A stretch of DNA of 64,000 bases, from positions 526,761 to 590,760 of the forward strand of contig OY970217.1 in assembly GCA_963713965.1 (NCBI GenBank), written 5' to 3'. The DNA comes from an uncultured Chloroflexia bacterium. Lineage in GTDB: Bacteria; Chloroflexota; Chloroflexia; Thermomicrobiales; Thermomicrobiaceae. This document shows, piece by piece, positions 10,954 to 22,088 of this stretch (positions are counted from its first letter, which is position 1; every line of letters starts with the position of its first letter). The notes beneath the pieces are model-generated. The model was not told the origin of the DNA, ran no database searches, and saw only the letters and a list, made by a program, of their open reading frames with translations. The translations under genes and the position numbers were made by a program.

Positions 10954-13900
10954 CTACTCTTCCTCGTCGCCCTCTTCGTTGTCGTCACCGGTCTCACCAG
11001 ATCCGATGCTGGCCATCGGCTCGGACTCGTCAGGCTCCCGATCCAGCACCGCCGTGGCCGCCGGAGGGAGATGTCCTTCCGAGATGAGCTCTTCCACGTC
11101 CTCGATCGTCGCGGCCGCAACTCCTTCGCGCGCCCGTGCCATCGCCGCAATCTGCGCCCGGTCAAGATCGCTGAGCGCGAGCGACCGTCGCTGATCGTTG
11201 TGGAAGCCTGACCCAGCCGGGATGAGCTTGCCGATGATGACGTTCTCCTTCAGACCACGCAGGTAGTCGACCTTGCCGTGAATCGCCGCTTCCGTGAGGA
11301 CGCGGGTCGTCTCCTGGAAGGACGCTGCCGACAGGAAGCTGTCGGTCGCCAGCGACGCCTTGGTGATCCCAAGCAGAACCTGGTGCGCGGTGGCGGGCTC
11401 ACCACCTTCGATAATGATCTCCTCGTTGATCCCGTTGAAGACGAACCGGTCGACCAATTCGCCCACCAGCAGATCCGTGTCGCCTGGATGCTCCACCGCG
11501 ACCTTACGCAGCATCTGCCGCACGATGGTCTCGATGTGCTTGTCGTTCGTCACGACTCCTTGCGACTTGTAGACCTTCTGGACCTCGTCGACGATGTACT
11601 TCTGCACGAAGTCGCCACCGAGCGTCTCCAGAATCTCCTGGGGGTCGAGGTTTCCGTCAGTCAACTGCGTACCGACCTTGACGTGATCGCCGTCATTCAC
11701 ACGAATGTTGGCGGACACGGAGACCGGATACTCGGTGGTGTCCTGCTCCTCGTGGCGGATCACGATGCGATTGCCATCGATGAACGCAACTCCGTCGACC
11801 GACGCCGTGGTCGGCTTGCCCTCATTGCCGTCCGGAAGCGCGGCGAGCACCTGGCCGAAGGCGACCATATCGCCATCGGCGATCGATATCTGCTGTCCGT
11901 CAGGGATCAGCACCTCATCGGTGACGACCTCTTCAGACGTCAGGAGCAAGCGTCGCCCATGCTCGTCCTCGGTGATGCGCAGTACGCCGCTGCTACGAGC
12001 GATGACTGCCTTACCTTTGGGCTCCCGGGCCTCGAAGAGTTCCTCAACACGCGGGAGACCGGTGGTGATGTCTTCACCGGCAACGCCGCCGGTGTGGAAC
12101 GTCCGCATCGTAAGCTGCGTACCAGGCTCGCCGATACTCTGCGCCGCGATGATGCCCACCGCCTCGCCGGGATCGACCAACCGTCCGCTCGCCAGATTTC
12201 GTCCATAGCAGAGCTGACAAACGCCATGCTCAGCATCGCAGTGCATCGACGTTCGGATGAAGATGCGCGGGATGTTGAGCTCGAGCACCTTCCCGACGAT
12301 GTCCTCAGTGATCTCCACATTTCGATCAATCAGTACTTCGCCGGTTTCCGGATCGATGATCGGCGCCGCCGCAGTGCGGCCCATCACGCGAGCTTCGAAG
12401 GAATCGCGATCCGGCATGTCGTTCGGTGCGACCCACATGCCGGCTTCGGTGCCGCAGTCAGGCATCGAGATGATGACGTCCTGTGACACGTCGACCAACC
12501 GGCGTGTGAGATAACCGGAGTCCGCGGTTCGGAGCGCGGTATCCGCCAAACCCTTGCGGGCACCGTGCGTCGAGATGAAGTACTCCAGAACCGAGAGGCC
12601 CTCACGGAAGTTCGAGCGAATCGGCAGCTCGATGATGGTTCCGCGCGGGTCCAACATGAGACCGCGCATACCGGCCATCTGGCTGATCTGGTTGATGTTA
12701 CCTTTGGCTCCTGACGTACTCATCATGAAGAGCGAGTTATCACTGCCAAGCTCTGACTCGACGGCGTCGGACAGATCGTCGCGCGCCTCGTTCCAGATGC
12801 TGATGACCTCGCGATAGCGCTCGGAATCCGTGATAAGTCCGCGACGATACTGCCGTTCGACTTCACCGACCCGCTGATCGGCGGCATCGATAATTTCCGA
12901 CTTCTTGCCAGGAATCTGAACGTCAGACAGCGCGATGGACAGCCCGCCGCGCGTCGCATAGGCGAAGCCAACATTCTTGAGCCGGTCGGCCATCTCGGCC
13001 GTCGCATCCGGACCAAGCTCGCGGTAGCACGCCGCGATGAGACGTCGCAGCGCCTTGCGGTCCATGGTCTCGTTCCAGTAGCCGAGCTCCGATGGCACTT
13101 CCTGGTTCAGGATGACTCGGCCGACCGTCGTTTCGATGAGCTGCGCACCGCTGCCATTGTTCGAGACCATCACCTTGATGGTGGCTTGAACGTCGAGGAC
13201 GCCGGTCTGGTAAGCGAGCATGACCTCGCTCGGTCGCGAGAAGATCTTGCCCTCGCCTTTGGCGCCTTCGCGCGGCTGCGTCATGTAGTAGCAACCGAGC
13301 ACGATGTCGAGCGTCGGGGCGATAACCGGATCACCGTCGGACGGGTCGAGCAGGTTGCGCGTTGAGAGCATTCGCTCGCGCGCCTCGTGCTGAGCCGACT
13401 CGGAGAGCGGCACGTGAACCGCCATCTGGTCGCCGTCGAAGTCCGCGTTGAACGCGGCACAGACCAGCGGATGAAGCTGGATGGCCGAACCTTCGATCAG
13501 CTTGACCTCAAAGGCCTGGATACCCAGACGGTGCAACGTTGGAGCGCGGTTCAGCAGAACCAGGTAATCCTTGATGACCTCTTCCAGCACGTCCCAGACA
13601 TGCGGATCGACTCGCTCAACGAGCCGCTTGGCGGCTTTAATGTTGTGCGCATGACCGTGGATCACCAGCTTCTGCATGACGAACGGCTTGAAGAGTTCAA
13701 GCGCCATTCGCTTCGGCAGACCGCACTGGTGCAGCTTCAGATCCGGGCCGACCACGATAACCGAACGGCCGGAGTAGTCGACACGTTTGCCAAGCAGGTT
13801 CTGGCGGAAGCGCCCTTGCTTTCCTTTAAGGAGGTCGGAGAGGCTCTTCAGCTTGTGCTTGCCACTACCCGATACAACGCGACCGCGCCGGCCGTTGTCG

Positions 13901-15360
13901 ATCAGGGCGTCGACCGCCTCTTGAAGCATGCGCTTCTCGTTACGAACGATAATGTCGGGCGCGCCAAGCTCCAACAGTCGCTTCAAGCGGTTGTTTCGGT
14001 TGATGACACGACGATAGAGATCGTTCAAGTCGGATGTCGCGAAGCGGCCACCGTCGAGCTGCACCATTGGGCGCAGGTCGGGCGGAATGACCGGGAGAGC
14101 GGTGAAGATCATCCACTCCGGTCGATTGCCACTGCGACGCAACGCCTCGACCACCCGCAGTCGCTTTGTTGCCTTCTTGCGCTTCTGACCCGACATGGTC
14201 TGGATATCAGAACGCAATGACGACGCGACCTCGTCGAGATCCATCTTGGCGACAACGTCATACACAGACTCGGCGCCCATGCTGGCTTGGAACGTTCCAG
14301 GCGCCAGGTCGGTCAGTTCACGATATTGCGTTTCGGTCAGGACCTGCAGCTCTTTGAGATCAGAGATCTGCTTGACCATGCTGTCGGCCTCGGCCTTGAG
14401 GGCGCTCTTCTGTTGATCGATCTCAGCCTCGAACTTGCGCACCCGCTCGTCGGCGGCGCTCTGAAGCTGATCACGCTCTGCCTCGGCCAGCGCGTTTCCG
14501 CTTGTGACGTCGTGCTCGGCCTGAGCCATGATCTCATCAAGCTCGGCGGAAACGATGTCATTCAAGTTGCTGAGACGATCTTCGTTGACGCTCTCCCCTT
14601 CCTTAACAATGGTCTTGTCGTGGAAGGTGATCTCCTCCGGAGCGGACTCATTCATCAAGCCGTTGAGGCGTTCTCGAATCTCGTCGGCCTCTGCTTGCAG
14701 GGCGGAGCGCTGCTCTTCGCGGCGCTGCTCGACTGAGTGCTCAAGACTGGTAGCACCCTGCTGCAGATTCTCTAGCTCCGACTGAATTTCGCCGGTGATC
14801 TCGCCCTTGCGACCGTTGAAGTCGTTGTCGAGCTCTTCCATCTCGGCGCCGAGCTCCGCGTGAATCGTTCGGATGAGCTCGTCACGCGCTTCGATGTCGA
14901 CTTCTGTTACGAGGTACGACGCGAAGTAGAGGACGCGCTCCAGGTTGCGCGGGGAGATGTCGAGCAACAGCCCGAGGCGGCTCGGCGTTCCCTTGACGTA
15001 CCAGATGTGGGCAACTGGCGCGGCAAGCTCAATGTGGCCCATGCGCTCGCGGCGAACCTTCGAACGCGTGACCTCCACACCGCACTTGTCACAGATCGTC
15101 CCGGCATGCCGAACGCGCTTGTACTTTCCGCAATAGCACTCGAAGTCCTTGGTCGGACCGAAGATGCGCTCGCAGAAAAGTCCGCCGTGCTCCGGCTTCA
15201 ATGTACGGTAGTTGATCGTCTCCGGCTTGGTGACCTCACCGTACGACCAGCTCCGAATGGACTCGGGAGATGCAAGGCTGATCCGAATGGCGTCGAAGTT
15301 ATTGACGTCGAAGACCCTCGCTGAATCTCTGTTCCGAGCGTTTGCGCTTGCTGTCTGCAT
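10954..15360 (-). CDS. rpoC: DNA-directed RNA polymerase subunit beta-prime (with lineage-specific insertion and acidic tail)
   Basis: 1468-aa ORF with the zinc motif CYCGKY...CDKCGVEV, the catalytic NADFDGDQM motif, and bridge-helix and trigger-loop regions. Confidence 0.99.
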   Translation of the reverse strand: MQTASANARNRDSARVFDVNNFDAIRISLASPESIRSWSYGEVTKPETINYRTLKPEHGGLFCERIFGPTKDFECYCGKYKRVRHAGTICDKCGVEVTRSKVRRERMGHIELAAPVAHIWYVKGTPSRLGLLLDISPRNLERVLYFASYLVTEVDIEARDELIRTIHAELGAEMEELDNDFNGRKGEITGEIQSELENLQQGATSLEHSVEQRREEQRSALQAEADEIRERLNGLMNESAPEEITFHDKTIVKEGESVNEDRLSNLNDIVSAELDEIMAQAEHDVTSGNALAEAERDQLQSAADERVRKFEAEIDQQKSALKAEADSMVKQISDLKELQVLTETQYRELTDLAPGTFQASMGAESVYDVVAKMDLDEVASSLRSDIQTMSGQKRKKATKRLRVVEALRRSGNRPEWMIFTALPVIPPDLRPMVQLDGGRFATSDLNDLYRRVINRNNRLKRLLELGAPDIIVRNEKRMLQEAVDALIDNGRRGRVVSGSGKHKLKSLSDLLKGKQGRFRQNLLGKRVDYSGRSVIVVGPDLKLHQCGLPKRMALELFKPFVMQKLVIHGHAHNIKAAKRLVERVDPHVWDVLEEVIKDYLVLLNRAPTLHRLGIQAFEVKLIEGSAIQLHPLVCAAFNADFDGDQMAVHVPLSESAQHEARERMLSTRNLLDPSDGDPVIAPTLDIVLGCYYMTQPREGAKGEGKIFSRPSEVMLAYQTGVLDVQATIKVMVSNNGSGAQLIETTVGRVILNQEVPSELGYWNETMDRKALRRLIAACYRELGPDATAEMADRLKNVGFAYATRGGLSIALSDVQIPGKKSEIIDAADQRVGEVERQYRRGLITDSERYREVISIWNEARDDLSDAVESELGSDNSLFMMSTSGAKGNINQISQMAGMRGLMLDPRGTIIELPIRSNFREGLSVLEYFISTHGARKGLADTALRTADSGYLTRRLVDVSQDVIISMPDCGTEAGMWVAPNDMPDRDSFEARVMGRTAAAPIIDPETGEVLIDRNVEITEDIVGKVLELNIPRIFIRTSMHCDAEHGVCQLCYGRNLASGRLVDPGEAVGIIAAQSIGEPGTQLTMRTFHTGGVAGEDITTGLPRVEELFEAREPKGKAVIARSSGVLRITEDEHGRRLLLTSEEVVTDEVLIPDGQQISIADGDMVAFGQVLAALPDGNEGKPTTASVDGVAFIDGNRIVIRHEEQDTTEYPVSVSANIRVNDGDHVKVGTQLTDGNLDPQEILETLGGDFVQKYIVDEVQKVYKSQGVVTNDKHIETIVRQMLRKVAVEHPGDTDLLVGELVDRFVFNGINEEIIIEGGEPATAHQVLLGITKASLATDSFLSAASFQETTRVLTEAAIHGKVDYLRGLKENVIIGKLIPAGSGFHNDQRRSLALSDLDRAQIAAMARAREGVAAATIEDVEELISEGHLPPAATAVLDREPDESEPMASIGSGETGDDNEEGDEEE

Positions 15361-15381
15361 AGTTATTTGCTCACCAATTCA

Positions 15382-18300
15382 CTAATCCTCGGTCCGCTCA
15401 AAACCACTCAGGTTGATTCGGTCGAGGTTCGTCAACAGGTCCCGCGAGGTATCCTCGGTGAACTCGATCGTCTGCTCGTCCTCGTTGATGACCTCAATAG
15501 AGAGTCCGAGGCTCCGCAGCTCCTTGACGAGCACCTTGAACGACTCAGGAACGCCGGCCTCGACGATCGGCTCTCCCTTGACGATCGCCTCATACGTCTT
15601 CACGCGGCCGACTACGTCGTCCGACTTGACGGTCAGCATCTCCTGAAGGATGTGCGCCGCGCCATAAGCTTCGAGCGCCCAGACCTCCATCTCACCGAAT
15701 CGCTGACCACCGAACTGCGCCTTACCACCCAGCGGCTGCTGCGTGACCAGCGAGTACGGGCCTGTCGATCGGGCGTGGATCTTATCCTCAACCAGGTGCG
15801 CCAGCTTCAGCATGTAGATGACGCCGACCGTTACCGGTCGATCGAACATCTCCCCGGTTCGGCCGTCGTAGAGCTGAACCTTACCGTCAAGCGGCAGCTG
15901 TGCCTCGGAGAGGAGTGATCGGATTTCATCCTCGGTCGCACCATCAAAGACCGGCGTCGCGATCTTCATGCCGAGTGCTTCGGCGGCCCAGCCGAGATGC
16001 GTCTCGAGCACCTGACCAATGTTCATGCGCGACGGAACGCCGATCGGATTCAGGATGATGTCGACTGGCGTGCCATCCGGCAGGTAGGGCATGTCCTCAA
16101 CCGGAAGAATCCGGGAGATGACTCCCTTGTTGCCGTGACGACCAGCCATCTTGTCGCCTTCGGAGATCTTCCGCTTCTGCGCGATGCTGACGCGGACCAT
16201 CTCGTTGACGCCGGCCGGAAGCTCGTGATCGGTTCCCTCTTCCCGCTTGAAGCGTTTGACATCGATGATCTTGCCGTGAACGCCGTGCGGGACGCGCAGG
16301 CTCGTGTCCTTCACCTCGCGCGCCTTCTCACCGAAGATCGCGCGAAGGAGTCGCTCTTCCGCCGAAAGCTCGGTCTCACCACGAGGTGTGACCTTGCCGA
16401 CCAGAATGTCGTTTGGCCGAACCTCGGCACCGATGCGGATCACGCCGTTCTCGTCTAGATTGGCCAGGCTGTCCTCGCCAACGTTCGGAATGTCGCGCGT
16501 GATCTCTTCCGGCCCGAGTTTCGTGTCTCGAGCCTCGGTCTCGTACTTCTCAATATGGATGGACGTGTAAACGTCTTCCCGAACCAAGCGCTCAGAGAGC
16601 AGGATGGCGTCTTCGAAGTTGCCACCCTCCCAGGACATGAAGGCCACCAGCACGTTCTGCCCGAGCGCGAGCTCGCCCTGATCGGTGCTGGAGCTATCGG
16701 CGATGATCATGTCCGGCTCAACCCGCTGTCCCTTGGTGACGATCGGGCGCTGATTGATACAGGTGTCCTGGTTCGAGCGGACGAACTTCTGCATGTTGTA
16801 GACGTGCTCGTCGCCCTCGTCTTCCTTAACATTGATCTGCCGCCCGGTGACGTGCGTCACGGTTCCGGATTTTTTGGCAACTACGACCTGACCGGAGTCG
16901 CGAGCGGCGAGGTACTCGACACCCGTGCCGACCACCGGCGAGCTCGGACGCAGCAATGGCACTGCCTGACGCTGCATGTTGGCACCCATCAAGGCACGGT
17001 TGGCATCGTCGTGCTCCAGGAATGGGATGAGCGCCGCCGCCACCGAAACCACCTGCTTCGGCGAAACGTCCATGTAGTCGATGCGATCCGGCGGCTCGGC
17101 CACAAAACGCTCACCGCGGCGAGCGGAAATCCGGTCAAGTTCGAAGCGCGCGCCGTCGTCGAGCGGCGTATTGGCCTGAGCGATGGTGAATTGCTCTTCA
17201 CGATCCGCGGCCAGGTACTCGATCTCATCACTCACGAATGGAACGACACGAATCGTCTGGACATCCGCCTTGACGATCTTCTCGATCGTCGACTCGTCCA
17301 GCACCGTGCCGGCCGCAACGATCGTCTTGCCGTCTTTCGCTGATGCGACGTCGTCTCGAACGACTTGGCCAACCAGCAACCCACCGTCCTGCTGCATGTT
17401 GATCGTCTTGTAGACCCGGCGGTACGGCGTCTCGATGAAGCCATAGTGGTTGATACGGCCGTACGTCGCGAGCGAGCCCATAAGTCCGATGTTCGGACCT
17501 TCCGGCGTCTCGATCGGGCAAATGCGGCCGTAGTGCGAGTGGTGCACGTCACGAACGTCGAAACCAGCACGATCGCGGCTCAGACCACCAGGACCAAGGG
17601 CCGAGAGTCGCCGTTTGTGCGTCAACTCGGCGAGCGGGTTCGTCTGATCCATGAATTGCGACAGTTGATGTCCGCCGAAGAATTCGCGCACGGCAGCCAT
17701 CACTGGACGCGTCGTGCTGATCAGCCCGTTCGGCGTGACCGTCTCGATGTCCTGAATAGTCATGCGCTCGCGAATGCCGCGCTCCAGGCGCTGCAAGCCG
17801 GTGCGCACGTGCATCTGGATCAGTTCGCCCACGGAGCGAATGCGCCGGTTGCCCAGGTGATCGATGTCATCCGACTGATCTTGACCGTTGTTGACTCGGA
17901 TCATTGTGCGGACGATCTCGATGAGGTCCTCACGCGTCAGGACGCGTGTGTCGAGGCCAATGTCAAGAGCCAGTCGCTTGTTCAGCTTGTAGCGTCCCAC
18001 GCGGGCAAGGTCGTAACGCCTCGGATTGAAGAAGAGTCCTTCAAGAAGAGATGACGCGTTGTCCTTCGTCGGTGGATCGCCAGGTCGGAGTCGACGATAC
18101 AGCTCGACCTGCGCCTCTTCGACGCTTCGAGTCGGATCGCGCTCGAGCGTACTGTCGATGTAGTGATGTTCGGGATCGTCCATGTCCGCGAAGAGCTCGC
18201 GGATCTCGTCGTCTTCGGCAAATCCGATGGCGCGCAGAAGAATAGTGGCCGGTAGCTTTCTTTTGCGATCGACCTTCACAGATAGAATATTGCGGTTCGA

Positions 18301-18861
18301 GGTTTCGAACTCGAGCCATGCGCCGCGGCTCGGGATCAGCTTGGCACTGCAGAGCGGCCTGCCCGTAGTCGGATCATCAGACAATTCAAAGTAGACGCCC
18401 GGCGATCGCACTAACTGCGAGACAACGACGCGCTCGGCGCCATTGATGAGGAAGGTCCCATCAGGCGTCATGATCGGGAAATCGCCAAGGAAGACGTCGC
18501 TTTCCTTGACTTCGCCAGTATCGCGAATCACGAGACGCACGCGAATGCGGAGCGGCGCCGCATACGTCATGTCGCGCTCACGACAGATTTCCTCAGTGGC
18601 GCGCGGCTCATCGAACCGGTGCTCGAGGAAATGCAGTTCCATCTTCCCGTTGTAATCGACGATCGGGGAGATTTCTTCCAGGAGTTCCCGCAGGCCTTCG
18701 GTTTTGAACCAATCGAACGATTCACTTTGGAGCCGAACGAGATTCGGCATCTCCAGAACCGTCGAGATTCTGGAATACGAACGGCGACCGATGCCCAGGT
18801 TCGAAAGAACCTGACGCCCGTCAGTGGGGGCGGCGCGCTGGTCACGGAGAGTTACGGCCAT
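15382..18861 (-). CDS. rpoB: DNA-directed RNA polymerase subunit beta
   Basis: The track ORF runs 15382-18891. I moved the start to the ATG at 18861 (MAVTLRDQ...), which lies 6 nt after [19 protein letters not shown] motif present. Confidence 0.98.
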   Translation of the reverse strand: MAVTLRDQRAAPTDGRQVLSNLGIGRRSYSRISTVLEMPNLVRLQSESFDWFKTEGLRELLEEISPIVDYNGKMELHFLEHRFDEPRATEEICRERDMTYAAPLRIRVRLVIRDTGEVKESDVFLGDFPIMTPDGTFLINGAERVVVSQLVRSPGVYFELSDDPTTGRPLCSAKLIPSRGAWLEFETSNRNILSVKVDRKRKLPATILLRAIGFAEDDEIRELFADMDDPEHHYIDSTLERDPTRSVEEAQVELYRRLRPGDPPTKDNASSLLEGLFFNPRRYDLARVGRYKLNKRLALDIGLDTRVLTREDLIEIVRTMIRVNNGQDQSDDIDHLGNRRIRSVGELIQMHVRTGLQRLERGIRERMTIQDIETVTPNGLISTTRPVMAAVREFFGGHQLSQFMDQTNPLAELTHKRRLSALGPGGLSRDRAGFDVRDVHHSHYGRICPIETPEGPNIGLMGSLATYGRINHYGFIETPYRRVYKTINMQQDGGLLVGQVVRDDVASAKDGKTIVAAGTVLDESTIEKIVKADVQTIRVVPFVSDEIEYLAADREEQFTIAQANTPLDDGARFELDRISARRGERFVAEPPDRIDYMDVSPKQVVSVAAALIPFLEHDDANRALMGANMQRQAVPLLRPSSPVVGTGVEYLAARDSGQVVVAKKSGTVTHVTGRQINVKEDEGDEHVYNMQKFVRSNQDTCINQRPIVTKGQRVEPDMIIADSSSTDQGELALGQNVLVAFMSWEGGNFEDAILLSERLVREDVYTSIHIEKYETEARDTKLGPEEITRDIPNVGEDSLANLDENGVIRIGAEVRPNDILVGKVTPRGETELSAEERLLRAIFGEKAREVKDTSLRVPHGVHGKIIDVKRFKREEGTDHELPAGVNEMVRVSIAQKRKISEGDKMAGRHGNKGVISRILPVEDMPYLPDGTPVDIILNPIGVPSRMNIGQVLETHLGWAAEALGMKIATPVFDGATEDEIRSLLSEAQLPLDGKVQLYDGRTGEMFDRPVTVGVIYMLKLAHLVEDKIHARSTGPYSLVTQQPLGGKAQFGGQRFGEMEVWALEAYGAAHILQEMLTVKSDDVVGRVKTYEAIVKGEPIVEAGVPESFKVLVKELRSLGLSIEVINEDEQTIEFTEDTSRDLLTNLDRINLSGFERTED

Positions 18862-19091
18862 GCGCTTCTCCTTATATAATGTGGGGCACAAACGATTCAG
18901 CCCACCGCCGGGATCACATCAAGACGGTGGAGGTGTTGAGCGTCGAATTGGCGTCTGGACTGCTCGCCGGGTAAATGGAAATAGCGGGAAGGCAATAACT
19001 ACCCCTCCCGAAGGCCCATATCGTTCGGAATCCGTCCGTGCGTCTTCATTCACATCCGAAGGTTCGAGCAACTACCCATCAGCAAACGTGT

Positions 19092-19120
19092 AGTATACGC
19101 CTCGAACAAACCGATGTCAA
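19092..19120 (-). promoter_or_regulatory. sigma70-like promoter for rpoBC
   Basis: The minus strand reads TTGACA-17 nt-TATACT. It implies a 5' leader of roughly 220 nt before the rpoB ATG. Confidence 0.55.
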
Positions 19121-19545
19121 GGCGAATTTCGTCCCCGCCCCAACGCTCCAATCGGATCTCGATTGCGCAGAAACTGCTCGCTTTTCAAGTCCATTTGAAC
19201 GTTGACCGGGTCATCGATCGCTGCCTTCCGGCGAACTGCACATGCGACGCCAGCCTCCGGGCGAGAATCCGTGAACCTTCCCGAACGTTCGGCTGAAATG
19301 GAACGAGTCCTGGAATCCAAGCTCACGGTAGACCGCATCAAACGCAGGTCAACGTGTACGAATTTCGGCGTCCGACAAGAAACGGTCCGTGCACGGGCCT
19401 CATCCACCCGCGAGCAGACAACCCATTCGTCACGGTTTTTGGCTCCGGGCTTGGTCGCGTATGAATCCACATGCTAACCTCATCACGTTCATCGTCGACG
19501 TTTGCGCCCGGACCTCGTGACCGCGGGCGTGAAAGGCAGTCAGTC

Positions 19546-20130
19546 ATGCAATCGACGGCTCGCGTCCGGTCAACCCGGGAAGAGCGCATCATCCTGGGAG
19601 TCGATCGCGCCATCTATCACATCGCTCGCCATTGGATGTGGCTGCTGAATACGGTCGGCGTCATCTTCGTCGCCTTGCCACTCCTCGCTCCAGTCCTAAT
19701 GGCGGACGGCCATCGTACGCTGGCCAACACGATCTACCGTCCATTCCACCTGATCTGCCATCAGCTGCCTGAGCGTAGCTTCCATATCATGGGCTACAAA
19801 ATGGCTTACTGTGAGCGGGACTTCGCCATCTATGCTGGACTCCTAATCCTCGGTCTCGTATACGGCGCGTCGAGCCGCAAGCTCCGGCCGGCGACGTTGA
19901 AAGAGCTCGGCATCTTCTGCATCCCGATCGCCGTGGACGGATTCACGCAGCTATTCGGATGGCGTGAGAGCACCTGGGAGCTTCGCGTCATCACGGGGTC
20001 CATTTTCGCAGTCGGGGTCGCGTGGCTCGCCTTCCCACGGCTCGAGTTCGGCTTTCGTGAGATCGTTTCGACCGTGGAGTCGCGCTTCGAGCGGCTTGCT
20101 CTCGAAGGCCGAGTAGCTCCTCTGCGGTGA
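19546..20130 (+). CDS. DUF2085-family membrane protein
   Basis: ATG at 19546 follows GAAAGG. The product has several TM segments, and CHQLPERSF...CERDFAIYAG resembles the DUF2085 signature. Confidence 0.75.
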   Translation: MQSTARVRSTREERIILGVDRAIYHIARHWMWLLNTVGVIFVALPLLAPVLMADGHRTLANTIYRPFHLICHQLPERSFHIMGYKMAYCERDFAIYAGLLILGLVYGASSRKLRPATLKELGIFCIPIAVDGFTQLFGWRESTWELRVITGSIFAVGVAWLAFPRLEFGFREIVSTVESRFERLALEGRVAPLR

Positions 20131-20159
20131 GTTCGAATCCTCTCTCGGCTGGAGCATAA

Positions 20160-21356
20160 ATGAGCCGGTTGCTCAATGGTAAACACGTCGTTCTGGGTGT
20201 TTCCGGCGGGATCGCCGCGTATAAGGCGATCGAGCTAGCGCGCGACTTGACGCTGGCCGGTGCACTCGTCGATGTCATGCTCACGCAGTCGACTCTCGAG
20301 TTCGTGAAACCACTCCCTTTTCAGACACTCACCCAACGCAAGGTCTACACGCAGGTTTTCGAACCATGGACCGACGAACTGCACGGGCACATCAGCATGG
20401 CCGAGCGCGCCGACGTCATGCTTGTGGCGCCGGCAACGGCCGACATGATCGCCAAGCTCGCGCACGGCCTGGCTGACGACATGCTCACGGTGAGCGCCCT
20501 GGCCTGTACCGCGCCGCTGATCGTCGCTCCGGCGATGGACCACAACATGTATTTGCACCCGGCAACGCAGGAGAATCTCAGGATTCTGCGCCAACGAGGC
20601 GTCCGTATCATCGGGCCGGAACAGGGAGCGCTCGCGTCCGGAGCAATCGGTTATGGTCGGCTCGTTCCAATACCGCGGCTCGTGGATGCCGTTCGCCTGG
20701 CAGCAGCGACATCAGGTCGGCTGAGTGGTCGGCGTGTCGTCGTGAGTGCGGGACCAACACGAGAGAAGATCGATCCAATTCGTTATGTCACGAATCGCTC
20801 GAGTGGCAAGATGGGTTACGCCATCGCCGAGGCTTTTCTCGACGAAGGCGCGTTTGTGACACTCGTGAGTGGAGCAACTGCGCTCCCCCCTCCCAATGAG
20901 GCAACATTCGTGTCGGTCGAGAGCGCCGAGGAGATGTATCTCGCGGTGGATGACGCGGTGCGTGGCGCCGAAATCTTAGTCATGGCCGCCGCAGTAGCCG
21001 ATTACCGGCCGCGACAGGTCGCCGAGCACAAGATCAAGAAATCTGAGGCGGATCTGGTGATCGAGATGGAGCGAACGCGAGACATCCTGGCCAGCGTCCA
21101 TCAACCTGGACTGATCAAAGTGGGCTTCGCCGCCGAGACTGAGCAGCTATTGGAATCAGCTCGAGACAAGCTGTCTCGGAAGTCACTCGACATGATCGTT
21201 GCGAATATCGGACCGGAAACGATGGGAAGCGACATGAGCCGCGCGTTCTTCATCAGACGTGAATCTGATCCAGAAGAGCTTCCTCAGATGAGCAAGACCA
21301 GCCTCGCCGAGGCGATCGTCGATCGGGTTGTCGCGTTGGTCGAATCACGCGCGTGA
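20160..21356 (+). CDS. coaBC: bifunctional phosphopantothenoylcysteine decarboxylase/synthetase
   Basis: 398-aa ORF with an N-terminal flavoprotein domain (VVLGVSGGIAAYKAIEL) and a C-terminal DFP domain. Confidence 0.93.
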   Translation: MSRLLNGKHVVLGVSGGIAAYKAIELARDLTLAGALVDVMLTQSTLEFVKPLPFQTLTQRKVYTQVFEPWTDELHGHISMAERADVMLVAPATADMIAKLAHGLADDMLTVSALACTAPLIVAPAMDHNMYLHPATQENLRILRQRGVRIIGPEQGALASGAIGYGRLVPIPRLVDAVRLAAATSGRLSGRRVVVSAGPTREKIDPIRYVTNRSSGKMGYAIAEAFLDEGAFVTLVSGATALPPPNEATFVSVESAEEMYLAVDDAVRGAEILVMAAAVADYRPRQVAEHKIKKSEADLVIEMERTRDILASVHQPGLIKVGFAAETEQLLESARDKLSRKSLDMIVANIGPETMGSDMSRAFFIRRESDPEELPQMSKTSLAEAIVDRVVALVESRA

Positions 21357-21733
21357 GCCAGGTCAGACCCCCCCGGACCCGACAGAGCAAACACCGTCCG
21401 GAGACGATCAACATCTTGCGCGCCGTCCTGATCAACGCCGGAACGCTCGTGGTGACCGGCCTCCTGCTTCGCATCGCCATTTTGATTAGCGTCCCAACCA
21501 CCACCGAGCGCGGACTGCACGTGATCGAGCGACTGACGCTTCCTGCTGTCTGGCCGTTTCAACGTATTCCGCCCCTGGCTCACCAGATTGTCCGCGAACT
21601 GACGGTTGCTGACGTCCTCGTTCTGACGGCCGTCATCGTGGCCTGGATCGTTGCGCTGGGCATCGTGGCCGGGTGGGAGCACGAGGAACAGCGGCAACGT
21701 CCGGGTACGTCGGAAACAGGGCTCAGACCGTAG
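21353..21733 (+). CDS. hypothetical membrane protein (YggT-like architecture, weak)
   Basis: The GTG start overlaps the coaBC stop (GTGA). It has a basic N-terminus and two or three hydrophobic helices. Confidence 0.5.
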   Translation: MSQVRPPRTRQSKHRPETINILRAVLINAGTLVVTGLLLRIAILISVPTTTERGLHVIERLTLPAVWPFQRIPPLAHQIVRELTVADVLVLTAVIVAWIVALGIVAGWEHEEQRQRPGTSETGLRP

Positions 21734-21896
21734 TCCGACACCACATGTTAAACTGATATCCACTCATCTCGCTCCGCACGCGGCGTCACGTACGTAGCGG
21801 CAGGAGTTGTGCGCGTAGCGTGAACAGGGACCGTCGCCACTTTGGCGGTCCGTTGAATCCATAGTCGGCAATCCGAACTGAGCGAAGGGATGGTCA

Positions 21897-22013
21897 ATGA
21901 CCAAGAATCTCGTGCGCGGGATCCTGAACCTTATCCTGGCGGCCGCCGCTACCTGGCTCTCGAACTACATCGTGGAGCGGGTGTTCGGGCCCGATGAAAT
22001 CGAGGCGGACTAA
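21897..22013 (+). CDS. 38-aa hydrophobic micro-protein (not in the ORF track because it is under 60 aa)
   Basis: Sequence MTKNLVRGILNLILAAAATWLSNYIVERVFGPDEIEAD. GAAGGGA lies 7 nt upstream of the ATG, and there is one predicted TM helix. Confidence 0.4.
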   Translation: MTKNLVRGILNLILAAAATWLSNYIVERVFGPDEIEAD

Positions 22014-22088
22014 AGACCGGACTCAGTTCCTCTTCAACGTCAATTCGAGTCATGCCGCCGTCAGCATCCGAGTTTGAGAGGTATTCAC

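Noticed and set aside
19117-19477. ORFs of 117 aa (minus strand) and 91 aa (plus strand) in the rpoB upstream region
   Set aside because: They have no RBS, no recognisable motifs, mutually overlapping frames and R/S-rich composition. The minus-strand ORF ends inside the -35 box of the rpoB promoter.
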